Positions 11,949 through 23,710 of a DNA stretch of 64,000 bases are shown piece after piece. The DNA comes from Felis catus. Lineage: Eukaryota. The notes under the pieces were generated by a model. The model was not told the DNA's origin. It searched no databases and worked only from the letters and a program-made list of their open reading frames with translations. The stretch covers positions 174,160,001 through 174,224,000 of the forward strand of contig NC_058368.1 in assembly GCF_018350175.1 (NCBI RefSeq). Reading direction: 5' to 3'. The position numbers and the translations under genes are program-made. Numbering within the stretch: the first letter of the stretch is position 1; each line of letters opens with the position of its first letter.

Positions 11949-13529
11949 TAGCCATTCTTTTAAGGTAGCTTTGCTGGTGGCAATTTCCCTTAGTTTTCCT
12001 TTATCTGAGAATGTCTTGATTTCCCTTTCCTTCTTGAAGAACATTTTGGATGTATATGGTTTTCTCCCTCCAGCACTGTTGTGCCTTTTCTTTCTTATAC
12101 TGTCATTAAAACTGCTTTCCTCTATGGGTAAAGTGCTATCTCTGATTTCACTCCTGTGTCTTGTTTGGGGTTTGGTCGGCTTCTTGAAATTGCAGGTTTA
12201 CGTTTCTTGCCAAGTTTGCCAAGTTTTTACCCATTATTTCTTCTAGTCCTTTTCCAGCTCTGCCCTCTTTTTCTTCTCTTTCTGGGACTCTGATGATGTA
12301 AATGTTCAGTCTTTGTTTATAGTTCCATATGTCCCTGAGGTTCCGTTAGTTATTTTTCAATCTATTTTCTCTCTGTTGTTCAGCCTGGGTAATTTATATT
12401 CTATTTTCAAGTTCTCTGACTCTTCTGTATTTTAAATTCTGTTGACCCATTCACTGAGTTTTAAATTTCAGTTATTGTATTTTTTTGATTCTCAAATTTC
12501 CATCTGATTGGTTTTTTATACTTTTAATCGCTTTGCTAAGGCTTTTAATTTCCTTGCTCAACTTTCTATTTTTTCATTTACTTCAAGCATGTTCACGATT
12601 GCTTGTTGAAACATTTTTAAGATAGCTGCTTTAAAATCCTTGTCATACGATTTCAACATCTATGTCATGTTAGTGTTGGCACCTGTTGATGACTTTCCTT
12701 TTTCAAGTTTAGATCATCCTGCTTTTTAGTATGATGAATAATTTGACTGAAACTTAGAAGTTTTGGGTATCATGGCATGAGACGCCACATGTTGTTTAAA
12801 CCCTTTATTTTAGCGGACTTCTTCTGAAGATTCTCTGGCAAGGGAAGTGGGTGCTGCCTTGTTATTGTCAGATGGGAGTAGAAGTCCAGATTCCCTATCC
12901 AACCTCCTCTGATACCCAAGGTGGAGGGAACTCCCCATTACCGCTAGGTGTGTAGGGGTTTCTGGGTCCCGATGTGGTCTACACTGACACCTCCACTGAC
13001 CCATGGGGCAGACAAGGGGTTCATAAATGCTTCCTGCGTGGTCTTCTCTGACATCCCCTGGGGTTGATGGTTGGAGGATTGGACACCTTCTTCTCAACTG
13101 GTGAGGACGGAGCTCTAGGTTCCCCACTTGGTCTTTGCTGGTATGGGTGGGGTAGGACTACAGTGTTTATGGAATAGACTGGTTATTGTCTAAAAGTTCT
13201 CTGTCTTTCTAGGTTGCCCATTTCCTGATCCTTTAGCTAGAAAAAGCAAGCTTTTGTTGGACCTTTTTTGGTTTTGGTTTAGTGGAGTTTGTAACTTCAA
13301 GGCTATGAAGCTAAAAGAAAACCCCAGAACTCACCACTCTGTTGCTCCTTGAGTCTTGAGGTCTCTCACCAGTCTTCTTTCTTCTCTCCACCTTTCAGAA
13401 TCTTTTAATGTAATATATGTAAATATATATTTAATGTAATGTTTCATGCATCCAGAGAAAAGTACACATACTCCCATCTTCCTGGAGCTGGAAATCCTCT
13501 TTTATTGATTTATTGATTTATTGATTCGT

Positions 13530-13723
13530 GTTTTTTAAGTTTATTTATTTGGAGAAAGAGAGAGAGAGAGGAGGAGGAGGGGCAGAAAGAGGGAGAGAGA
13601 GAATCCCAAGCAGGCTCCGTGCTGTTAGCGCAGGGCCCGACGCGGGGCTCCAACTCACAAACTGCGAGATCATGACCTGAGCCGAAGTCGAACGCTTAAC
13701 CGACTGAGCCACCCAAGTGTCCC
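13530..13723 (-). mobile_element. Can-SINE
   Basis: Ends GAGCCACCCAAGTGTCCC; flanked by TTATTGATTTA. Confidence 0.94.
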
Positions 13724-13829
13724 TTATTGATTTATTTTTTAACATTCCTCCTTGTGCAGACCTGAGGATGAATTTCTAGGGTAAATAATGAACGGCGAAA
13801 TTTCTGTGTCATAGGCTATGTGTATCTGT

Positions 13830-13993
13830 ATGTGTGTGCACGTGCATGTGAGTGAGGGAGGGGAAGACAGAGAGGGAGACAGGGGATCTGAAGCTGGCTC
13901 TGTGCTGTCAGCACAGAGCCCAGTGTGGGGATCGACCTTACCAACCGTGAGGTCATGACCTGAGCTTCACCGACTGAGCCACCCAGGCACCCC
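13830..13993 (-). mobile_element. Can-SINE, older
   Basis: Ends GAGCCACCCAGGCACCCC; flanked by TAGGCT(A/C)TGTGTAT. Confidence 0.9.
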
Positions 13994-14014
13994 TAGGCTC
14001 TGTGTATTTTTAAG

Positions 14015-14244
14015 TTTTTTTTTTTTTTTAATTTTTTTTTCCACCGTTTATTTATTTTTGGGACAGAGAGAGACAGAGCATGAACGGGGGTGGGGCAGAG
14101 AGAGAGGGAGACACAGAATCGGAAACAAGCTCCAGGCTCTGAGCCATCAGCCCAGAGCCTGACGCGGGGCTCGAACTCACGGACCGCGAGATCGTGACCT
14201 GGCTGAAGTCGGACGCTTAACCGACTGCGCCACCCAGGCGCCCC
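14015..14244 (-). mobile_element. Can-SINE, young felid subfamily
   Basis: GACCTGGCTGAAGTCGGACGCTTAACCGACTGCGCCACCCAGGCGCCCC; TSD TGTATTTTTAAGTTTT. Confidence 0.97.
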
Positions 14245-14539
14245 TGTATTTTTAAGTTTTGAATTAGCCTCCAAGATGCCAATTTTTACTCCCACTAGCA
14301 GGGTGTGTGTCCTTCTCCCTCCCCATACTTGTGCATATGTACCATTCAAAATGGTACTTAAAAAATTTTACTAACTTGGGTGAAAAAATAACATTTCATC
14401 GTTTAATGCTGCAATTGCTCTGATTACTAGTGAGGGCAAGTATTCTTTACATGGAATTATTGACTTGATTACATGGATTTTACATTATAAAGAGGAAGAG
14501 AGACAAAAAACAAGCAAACAAATTAATCAGGTATTTTTA

Positions 14540-14622
14540 TTCTTTATTTATTAAAAAAATTTTTTTAATGTTTTTATTTATTTTTGAGAGAGAGACACAG
14601 AAACAGAGCATGATTGGGGAGG

Positions 14623-14658
<36 letters not shown>

Positions 14659-14786
14659 ATCTGAAGCAGGCTTCAGGCTCCGAGCTGTCAGTGCAGAGCC
14701 TGATGCGGGGCTCGAACCCACGAGCTGCGAGATCATGACCTGAGCTGAAGTCGGACGCTCAACCGACTGAGCCACTCAGGCGCCCC
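14540..14786 (-). mobile_element. Can-SINE
   Basis: (GA)n linker; diverged TSD AA(T/C)CAGGTA. Confidence 0.95.
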
Positions 14787-15224
14787 AACCAGGTAATTTT
14801 AAAGAATGGTAAATATTATGAAGAAAATCAAACAAAGTAGTGGGTAAAAGTATAGGGGGCTCATCAAAGGAAAAAATACAACCATGAGAGGTAGTAACAC
14901 ATCAGTTTTTTGGGTGGCGCCAGGGTTGCCCAAGGGGGAGATGTCCCTCATAGCAGGAGTCTGTTCAGGGGCTAATGGAGAGGGGGCCACATCCAGAAGT
15001 GGGGGAGTAGGGGGCCGGAGATGGTGCTTACATGTCTAGGTGGTGTCACTGAGCAGCCCAGAAGGGAGTCTTTAGGTCTGAACTCTGGAGAGCAGTAGCA
15101 ACTTGGGGTCTTATAACCACAGTTCTCTTATCAATGGCCAGCAAATGCTGCATGTAGTTTTGTGGGGTATGCAAAGCAGGCAGGTCCTAAGTGACGGAAA
15201 GTCTGCTTGTTTGGACTATTTAAA

Positions 15225-15444
15225 TTGTTTGGTTTTTTTTTTAACGTTTTATTTATTTTTGAGACAGGGATAGACAGAGCATGAACAGGAGAGGGTCAGA
15301 GAGAGGGAGACACAGAATCTGAAACAGGCTCCAGGCTCTGAGCGGTCAGCACAGAGCCCGACGCGGGGCTCGAACTCACGGAACGCGAGATCATGACCTG
15401 AGCCGAAGTCGGCCGCTCAACCGACTGAGCCACCCAGGCGCCCC
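15225..15444 (-). mobile_element. Can-SINE
   Basis: TSD TTGTTTGGACTATTTAAA. Confidence 0.96.
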
Positions 15445-15569
15445 TTGTTTGGACTATTTAAAATTTGAGTTTGACGCTGGCAGGCTTTTGGGCTAATGAG
15501 TCTCAACCTGCTGTGAAGAAATGACCTGGAGGCCAATAGACAGGGGCATCTTTGGGTCATTTAGATAAC

Positions 15570-16210
15570 AAAGAACTATGGGGGTTGGGGAGAGGACTGC
15601 TTTAGATGGAGCAGTCAGGGAGGGCTTCTCTGAAGAGGTGACGTTCGAGCTGACACCCGAGGAATGATGAGGGGGCAGGTGTGGGAAGGTACAAAGGCTT
15701 CGGAAGTAGGCAAAGCTTAGCATGTGTGTTCAAGAGACAGAACGAGGCCAGAGGGGCTGGAGCTGAGTAAACAGAGCAGGGACTGCGGTTGGAGAGATGA
15801 GGTGGGGGCAGGGGCCAGATGCTGCTGCCATGCCAGAAAAAAAGGGTGGATTTCTATTCTAAGCTCAGTACAAAGCCATTGGAGGATTTTGATTAATATT
15901 TTAAATATTCCGGTTTATATTTGGCAAAACTCAGGCTGTCATGTGGAGGGCGGAGGAGTGGGGGGCAAGGAAAACAGGGAGACCAATGGGGAAGCTCTAG
16001 GGAAGAGAAAATGGCGGTCCGAATTGGGAGGTCGTGTGGAAGTGGAGAGAAGTGGGCAGATGGCGGAGGCGGAATGGAGCTAGCTAGCATCCTTGGCGAT
16101 GGATGGGATGGGAGACGTGAGGAATGGAGACAATTAAGGATGGCCCAGGGGGGTGGGGTTCCATTTCTTGAGATGGAGAAGACCAGGAGAGGAGTGAGTT
16201 CGGAGGAGAT
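15570..16210 (-). mobile_element. L2 LINE remnant
   Basis: GTCAGGGAGGGCTTCTCTGAAGAGGTGACGTTCGAGCTGA..GAGGCCAGAGGGGCTGGAGC..GGAGATGAGG..AAGCCATTGGAGGATTTT. Confidence 0.8.
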
Positions 16211-16599
16211 TAAGAATTGCCCGTGGGAGTCTCATCCGCTCTGTGGGGCCGAGGTCAGAGGGCCAGATGATCCTGTACTGGGCCGTCTGCTCTGGAGATG
16301 ACCTACTCCCGTTTGTAGATTTAATGGGGGCCTTTTCACTACGTGCAGAAGACTCCAGGGGACTCTGTGTAGCCAACCAAGAAAATGAGAAACCAGACTT
16401 TAAACCGTCATTTAATCAAGGAGCAAAAATAAATTCTTAATTAGCCTCCGCTGACTGCATATCAATTACAGTTCTATTTAAACAGCTTTTTCCTGATTGC
16501 AGGGTGGTGGCGGGTGGGTGGGGGAGAGAGAGAGAGAGAATGAGAAGTGGACGTGCCATGCGCGGTGGGGGGACATTCCCTCGTCTTGGTCTCCTTGCA

Positions 16600-16765
16600 A
16601 GTCCATCACTGTAGGTGCCGTCATCCTCACCTTACAGACGGAGAAGCTGAGTCTGACGAGGTGAAATGACTTGTCCAGGGTCTCACAGCTTATAAGCAGC
16701 AAAACCACGATCAGACTGTGGCTCTTTGGACTCCAGCGCCTCCTGCATTATTCTGCCACTCCTCT
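16600..16765 (-). mobile_element. MIR SINE
   Basis: TTACAGACGGAGAAGCTGAG..GTGAAATGACTTGTCCAGGGTCTCACAGCT. Confidence 0.75.
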
Positions 16766-17290
16766 CATGTGACCGAAAGTAGATAGTTCTTCCTTTTCCT
16801 TCCAGGGACTTAAATTAAAATCCACACCTGACAGACCAGAAGGTGTCAGCCGTTAGGGAAGCAGCCTCCCCACGGGTTTAAGGCAAAGGCCATACCTTCT
16901 CAGGCTTTGCCAAGGCCTCTGAGAGGTCCCGCCTTTGGCATCGGCGGTGCCGACCGGTCACCACAGAGATGCTCCAGGTCCCGGCTCCGGTAGAACTCAC
17001 GGTTTCCATACCGCGCTCAGTTCTCCCAGCTCTTCACTCACACATCTTTGCCTTCCCACCCTGCCTCAGCCTTCCTGCAAGTCAGGGAGCCGAAAGTTGC
17101 CACCTTGTTTGAGACGCGGGAGGAGAAAAAACACAGGCACAAAGCTCAGACGATTATCTCCATCAATTATCCTGAAACACTTCTTCTCACCCCCCAGCCG
17201 GGGCTGAGGCTCTCCCAGGTTCTGGGGCGTAGCGTGTTGAAACATGTCAGAACAGCCCACACTGATAGCAAGCCAGGGGGTTTGTTTTCC

Positions 17291-17505
17291 TTTTGAACGT
17301 TTTATTATGGAAATTTCAAACTTCTGCAGAAGTAGAGAAATAGTATAATAAACCCTCATGTGTCCATCATCCCTGTTTCGACAGCTCCCAGCCAATTCTG
17401 TTTAATCTATACCTCCACCTACTCTCTCCCTTCCATATCATCTTGAAGCGAATCCCAGGCATCGTATCACTTCATCCATAAATATTTCAGTTTGTGTCTT
17501 TAAGA
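17291..17505 (-). mobile_element. L1 3' end fragment (L1MC4/5-like)
   Basis: TTTTATTATGGAAATTTCAAAC..AGTAGAGAAATAGTATAATAAACCC..AATCCCAGGCATC..TTCATCCATAAATATTTCAG. Confidence 0.75.
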
Positions 17506-18164
17506 AGGAAGGAGAGAAAGAGTTTTAAATGGAGAAAAACATCCCAACTGAAAACCGATGCTTATTTGAAAATGGGAGACTGTGACTCTACGGTGAGGGG
17601 CGAGAGATTCCAAGCTCTTCCTGGCCCGGCCACAGTGCATGTCAATCAAATCCTGTCCCTCACTGCTTCCCTTTCCTCATAGCAAATGCAAATGGGGGTC
17701 CTCACTTCAGAGATGAGAAAACTGAGGCCCAGAGAGAAACAGGATTTGTCCAAGGTTGTATCAGGTTTTATAATACATGGGCTAGCTGGAGACACGTGGG
17801 TCACTTGTGCAGGTTAATACACCGGGTCCTTTCAAGTCAGTATTTTCTAAATATTTGGTCAATGTTTATTTAGAGGTGAGGCTGCGTACTGCAGGGGGAG
17901 AATGGAGAGAACAGAGTCTTGTGACAGCCTCAACCAGTCCCCCATTCTTGCAATTCCGCGCTGGTCCCAACTTGCACAACCCGCAGAACCAAACCCTGAA
18001 GTTAACCTGCCCACTCTCCTTTGAGGCCAGTTCAGCAACCAATCTGTTGTTACTCGGTTTCCCCTCGGTGGTGGTCGGGGGGGGGGAGGGGGAAACCGTC
18101 TCACTTTTAACCCAGGCTGCTTCTTCAGTGATTCCTCTCAACCCCACCGGGTTCCTTCACTGAG

Positions 18165-18657
18165 ATGAGTTGGGGTGAACCAACCAGGACTCTTTCAAGT
18201 GGCACTGAGGAAACTCAACTACCTCAGCAAAAAGGGATGCGAGTCCCAAAGATTCTCTCCTCCAGGAGTGGCTGGATCCAGGGGAAATCTGTACTCCCCT
18301 TCTTGGCCTTGCTTAGCCGGACGTCAGCTACCTTCTCAAGCAGGCGCTGCCCCCGTGGTGCAAGACAGTGGTCAAGTTCTGGCCTGTATTGTCTCCTTTT
18401 ATGAGCCCAGCAGGAGAGATTCTCTTTCCTGACTCTCATTGGCTCGCTTTGGGTCACGTGCCATGCCTGAGCCAATCATCATGGCCCGGAGTTGAGATAC
18501 ACCGGTTGGATTAGAGGCAGGTTATCTGGGGTGGGTCAGCATCTTCCGGTCCCCGGTGGAGTGAGACTAGAGGGGTTTTGGCTCCCCGGGGGAGAATCAG
18601 TAGACTGTTACTGAAAACGGGAATGGGTGATGAACTGGCAAGCAACAGATTTCCACT
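18165..18657 (-). mobile_element. Old MaLR LTR (MLT1K/L-like)
   Basis: GGCTGGATCCAGG..GACTCTCATTGGCTCGCTTTGGGTCACGTGCC..TGAGCCAATCA. Confidence 0.65.
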
Positions 18658-20399
18658 GTCCAGTTATATTTCCTGGGATATTTAGGCGTCCCTTAGTTGT
18701 GCTCTGGCTTTGGCAATCGCCAGCTGTTTGTCCCTGATTGCAGCAGTGTTCGTGTCAGAGGGCGTGATTTAGAACCCGAGGCTCCCGGCTCTCAGCCCGG
18801 GCTCTTCATGTCATTTCCGTCCCACGCTCTGTGGTGCGTTCAGTGGACCAACTGCCCTGTGCCTGCATCCCTGGGGCAGACCTGCCTCCCATCTTGGCCA
18901 AAAGCAACTCCCTGCCTCCTAGCCTGAGGATCAGGAGCCGTTTCCTACGGGATCAGCCATCCTGTTTGCCTATGATCTCGAGCAGGCTCTTCGTGTTTCT
19001 GAGCCTCAGTTTCATAGTCTGGAGCATCTGTAAAATGGAGCTAATGTTGATGCTGATCTTCCAGGGCTGTGAGAGGCTGAACTGAGCCTGTGACTTGTAA
19101 AATGATTATCACAATGGAAATAATAATACGATTACCATTGATTGCCCCCTGCTTCTTCCTCTGAGGAAGTATCCTTTTTTTTTTTTTTTTTTTTTTTCTC
19201 AATCCCCCTTCTCCTCCATTCCTCCCAGGGGAGCAGCGACTTGCTCAGGGCTTTGATGGAGATGAGTGTTGATGGCTTGGAAGCTTTCAGAGCCGCCCAC
19301 TCTTCCTCCTCCCATCCTGCTGAGCTGACAATTTCGCATGACATCAATTCCTCTGACAGCCGTGTAAACAGATGGTGGTCCCTGCTGCCCGGGGTGCTGG
19401 GGAGCGATACCATGGTAACCTGCTAAACCGTGACAGGTGCCAGGACGGTGGGAAATCCAGGACCTTCAGACAGGCACACACATGGCTCAGGCAGCAGGGC
19501 CTGAGTTGTGGGTTTATCTCAGACACCGTGGGCCAAGCCTGGGCTGGTGTGGCAGCAAGGCCGTAGGCTTGAGTATGGACTCTACTCCTTCTTAGGTGTG
19601 TGACCGTGACTGAATTTCTTCCTCTCTTCTGGCCGATGGTGGGTAATTAGCCCCACCCCAGAGTAGCAAGGATATGGGCCTGGAAGTGCCTTGCTCCAGG
19701 ATGGGGCGTTGCTGGTGCCCAATAAATGTTTGTTGAATGAATAAACAAATGAATGAAAGGGACCTATAGGATCAACTCCCTGGAAGCTGGCTGGAGACAG
19801 GGCCCTTGCAGGTCCTGGTTGGAAAGGGTGCCAATGGGATCTGAGAGTGCAAGACGCTGGGATGGCAGCTTCCAGGCACCACCCCTGCACCTTCTCCGAA
19901 TAGTTGGGACCTAATGATTTGCGAGTGGTGGGGTCTCCATTCCCAATCCCCGCCCCTCCCCCCTCCCAGAGCAGGGAGAGTCAATTAGCACTCCCAGCTG
20001 GGAAACTGGTGAGTGGACTTGTGGAATCATAGCTTTCACTAACTCTGCCTGCTTGCCTCAGTTTCCCCAACTGTCCTCTCATCCATGCTGGACTTGGAGC
20101 TCTGGTTTAAGCTGTGGTCTATTCCAAGTTCAGAACGGGACAGTGACTTGACTAAGGCCATCCAGCTATCCATACAAACCAACTGGGGAAGGGGCAGCCT
20201 CCAGCTTCTGCAGTCAGGCCCTTTTGCTGGAAGGGTCCTCCCCAGCTTTCCATCAGCTTCGTGAAAGCTGCTCTTTCACATGGCTGTCCCAGACCATCCC
20301 TACTCCTTCTTCTTTCTCATTGTCCTCCTCTTATTCCACATGCCTTGTGGCTGGGTCTGCCCCCTGCTGAAACGGGAGTACTTCAAAAAAACAAGAAGG

Positions 20400-20575
20400 C
20401 TTGGTCTGCCACTCACTGGCTCTGACCTCGGGCAAGTGACTTCACCTTTACAAGTCAATTTCTTCATACAGCAAAGGGGAACGTTGATTTGGATGGATTA
20501 AATGAGATAATATCTGCAAAAAAAAAAAAAGTGCATAAAAGAGTGCCTGGCACATAGCAAGCTTTCAGTAAATAG
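20400..20575 (+). mobile_element. MIR SINE
   Basis: TGACCTCGGGCAAGTGACTT..GGATTAAATGAGATAA..GTGCCTGGCACATAG. Confidence 0.8.
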
Positions 20576-20934
20576 TGATTTTTGGTATTATGCAGAGGAG
20601 GTCCTCATCCTTTATGGGAAGATTGCCTTCCACAAATGGGATTGACTTCAGGCAAGATTCAGAGTGGAAAAAGCACTGAAAGGTGTGGGAGGCAGCTGGA
20701 TATGGGTCAAGGTGTATGGCCCTGGATGAGCCACTTGCCTTCTCTAAGCATCTGGAAAATGGGGCTAATGAGCCCCAGCGGCAGAGCTGTTGAGGTTGGA
20801 TGGGCACAGGTTGGGTGGGCATCTGGAGCAGGGTCTTGGTACATGCTAACTTGGTGTCGGTTGTAATAAGCTCTCTTGGAATAAGGATTATTTCAATGCC
20901 CCTGAGTGCCAAAACCACCAAAGGCAAGGATGGC

Positions 20935-21110
20935 TCACACTGCATTCCTGGAAGGTGGCGGTTTGACTTCAGCTTGCATACCTCTAGTGATGGGAAACTC
21001 ATTCTTGTTGAGTTGGAAGCTCTGCTAGAAGCTCATCTTCTGTGGAGTCCAAACTTGCCTCTGTGTAGACTTCCTCTCTGGAGTCTCCAGTTCTGCCCTC
21101 AGGGCCGCCA
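20935..21110 (-). mobile_element. CR1/L3 3' remnant
   Basis: Reverse complement GAGTTTCCCATCACTAGAGGTATGCAAGCTGAAG resembles the CR1/L3 ORF2 end. Confidence 0.55.
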
Positions 21111-22238
21111 GGACCAGCTTCCCCTCGGCTTTCTCGCTTGGCAACCTGCTCCTCTGAGCCAAGGAGAACCGGAATGAAGGAGATGGCCCAAGCAGCGTCC
21201 CCACCCCCTGTCTCCCAAAGAGCTTTCTGACCTTGTTGGCCAGGCTGGAAGGTTTAAGAGCTGGCAGGCAAGCATGAGAGATTGTCCTTGGGTAGGCTAA
21301 GTGGGCCATCTGTCCTGGCTGAGTCCCAGGGCGGACCCACGGTGGAGGACCAAAATATGGCTGGGGCCCAGCATGGAGACCAGAGCGTGAGCTGTCACAG
21401 TCTCACAGGCCCAGGTGTGGGTCCAGCTCCCCTGATTATGGCTGGGTGGGGGGCATGACACCAATTTTTGCAACGAAGCGTTCTTCTAAGAATTAAATGA
21501 TCAGAGATATTTTAATATCTCACATGGTTCTTGGAATCCCCTAATAATCATCTTTTTTGGAACCTGTAATCAGTGAAAGGGTTAATGTGTTCCAGAGAGA
21601 AGCTTCAAGTGAGCCAAGCTTTTAAACATTCATTATTACTCTTTTAGCTTCAGAGTTGTTGTTTTTTTTTTTTAATTATTTTATGCTTCTTTCAAAATTC
21701 ATCAGTTTAGGGCAAGTTGGCTGTCTTCATAACAGCACTAAGAAAATGTTGATAAGGTTCTTCTAATAACAGATACTTCTCTGGCAGGGAGGCAGCAACA
21801 AAACCATTTCTGGAGCATTCTGTCTTCCCTTTTGGCCTTCCAGTGAGGTCAGCACCTCTAGACCTTCTTCCATGGCTGTATTAGCCACCCTGATGTCTTA
21901 TGGCTCCCGCCTTCCCTATAGGAGACAGAGCTACTGAAAGGGCTGCGAAGACCCCTAAGAAAGAAGGAAGAAGGCTGTAAACCCACCCTACCTGTGTCCC
22001 AGGTTTGGATACTGTTTAGATGCTCAGACTATTTACTTTCCCCACTTTTGTCCTCATTTCTATTATACATTATTAAACTCACAGGCATCACAGGAACAGA
22101 GACAGGGGGACACATGGATGGAAGAGGATAGGACTCCCAATCCTTTCTCTTCATTCTGGTCCTGAACAAGCTAGGGAATCCTGAACTTGGAAGAGAACCG
22201 AGAGGCTGTTCAGCTGAGCTGGCTGCCCGGGAGAGGGA

Positions 22239-22590
22239 CGCTGTGGTTTGACTGTTTGTGTCTACCCTAACTTCATACGTGGAAATCCTAATCCCCAAGG
22301 TGATGGTATTGGAAGGCGGGGCCTTTGGGAAGTGGTTCAGTCATGAGGGCATAGCTGTCATAACTAGGAGTAGTGCTCTTCCAAAAGAGACCCCAGAGAG
22401 TTCCTCATCCTCTTCTGCCATGTGAGAACACAACAAGAACACTGCAACCCAGAAGAGGGCCCTCACTGGACCATGCTGGCTTCCTGCTCTTGGACTTCCA
22501 GCCTTCAGAACTGTGAGAAACAAATGTTTGTTGTTTATAAGCCACCCAGCCTGTGGTATTTGGTTACAGCAACCTGGGTGGACTAAGACA
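22239..22590 (+). mobile_element. MaLR solo LTR (MLT1A0-like), full length
   Basis: GAAATCCTAATCCCCAAGGTGATGGTATT..CTTGGACTTCCAGCCTTCAGAACTGTGAGAAA..TTTATAAGCCACCCAG..GACTAAGACA terminus. Confidence 0.9.
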
Positions 22591-23096
22591 AAGGATCACT
22601 GCCAGAGAGGCTCCTGGAGGGGGTATGGTCAGCCAGGGCCTCCTGACCACTGCCTCATTTCCTTGCAAAAGGGATCAGGAAGATAGGAAAGATCACAGGC
22701 AAAGGTGAAGAAATGAGCGCTCGAGTCTTGCCTGCACTGCCCACTGGCTACAGGACTTTGGACAAGGGGCTTCCCCTCTCTGGACCTCCATTTCCACACA
22801 TGTCAAATCGCAGGGTTGGACTAATTGATCCAACCTCAGGTTAGGTTGGACTAATCTAGAAGTCATTGTTATTTGCGTGCTTTGCATGGACTGGATTCTG
22901 CAGTAAGTGTATCACATAAATGATTTGTTTTTATTTTCCCACCAAATCTAAGTTTCTTTGGAGAATCCAACTGTCAATAAAGATCATATTAAATCTTAGG
23001 CCTATTGTGTATCTGAAAGTTGTTCTAGGCACACTTTTGTATATTTGCAGACATCAGCCTCTTGATAGAGAACAAGGAATTTCCAATTAGATACGC

Positions 23097-23612
23097 TATC
23101 AGTTAGGATTAGGTGTTGCTGTGTGTAATGGAAATCCCAAAAGTAACAGGGGCTTAAACACACAAAGATTTACTTTATTGCATAAATGTAGTGCAGTGCT
23201 GGTATGCGTGCTCCAGGAACTCATTAAGAACCCAGGCTCCTTCCATGTTTATGCTCTGCTGCACACATCTTCTGTCCTCAAGGTCACCACATGGCCCAAG
23301 AGGACTCCAGGAGCTCCAACCATCACAACTCCACTGGAAGCTCAAGGAAGAGGATGAGAGGAAAGGCTGAAAGGGCTGTACTTTGGCTGAGTCAATTCCC
23401 TTTAGGCAGTCTTCCTGGAATGCTTACAGTTTGCTTCCACTTGCACATCATTGGCCAGAACTCAGTCATGTGGTTACACCTACCTGCAAGGGGAGGATGG
23501 GAAATGTAGTCTTTTACCTGAGCACATTGCTACCCTGAATAAAATCTAGGTTTTGTTTGCAAGGAAGAATGGGGGAAGGAATACTGGTTGGCCAGTGGGA
23601 GTCCCTGTTGCA
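23097..23612 (-). mobile_element. MaLR LTR (MLT1J-like)
   Basis: ATCAGTTAGGATT..GGCTTAAAC..ACCCAGGCTCCTTCCAT..CATTGGCCAGAACTCAGTCATGTGG..GGGAAATGTAGTC. Confidence 0.75.
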
Positions 23613-23710
23613 GATGCTTATGCGCAAAAGACTGTACGTATAATCACAAATCAGGCAGACCATTTTGCAGATGTATTAATGTAGCTATTTAACATAAAAT
23701 ACCAATGTCT

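Larger units (their letters stand above)
5356..13497 (-). mobile_element. Degraded, near full-span old L1 (L1MC-like): 3' UTR, ORF2 and ORF1 remnants and 5' region, with nested insertions
   Basis: T-rich plus strand; minus-strand peptides 7892-8101 (PKLIHRFNTITIKIQAMLFANIDKIILNFIWK) and 10019-10216 (HNEVKIE..IWKLSSMLLNNPWVKE..YQIW) match L1 ORF2p segments in the right order; L1MC-type 3' end at 5356-5800. Confidence 0.85.
13740..14460 (-). mobile_element. Old L1 (L1ME-like), right half of host element, split by two SINEs
   Basis: TTTCTAGGGTAAATA..GTCATAGGCTATG..CCAATTTTTACTCCCACTAGCAG..TCTGATTACTAGTGAGG continues the 4960-5355 segment in consensus order. Confidence 0.6.
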
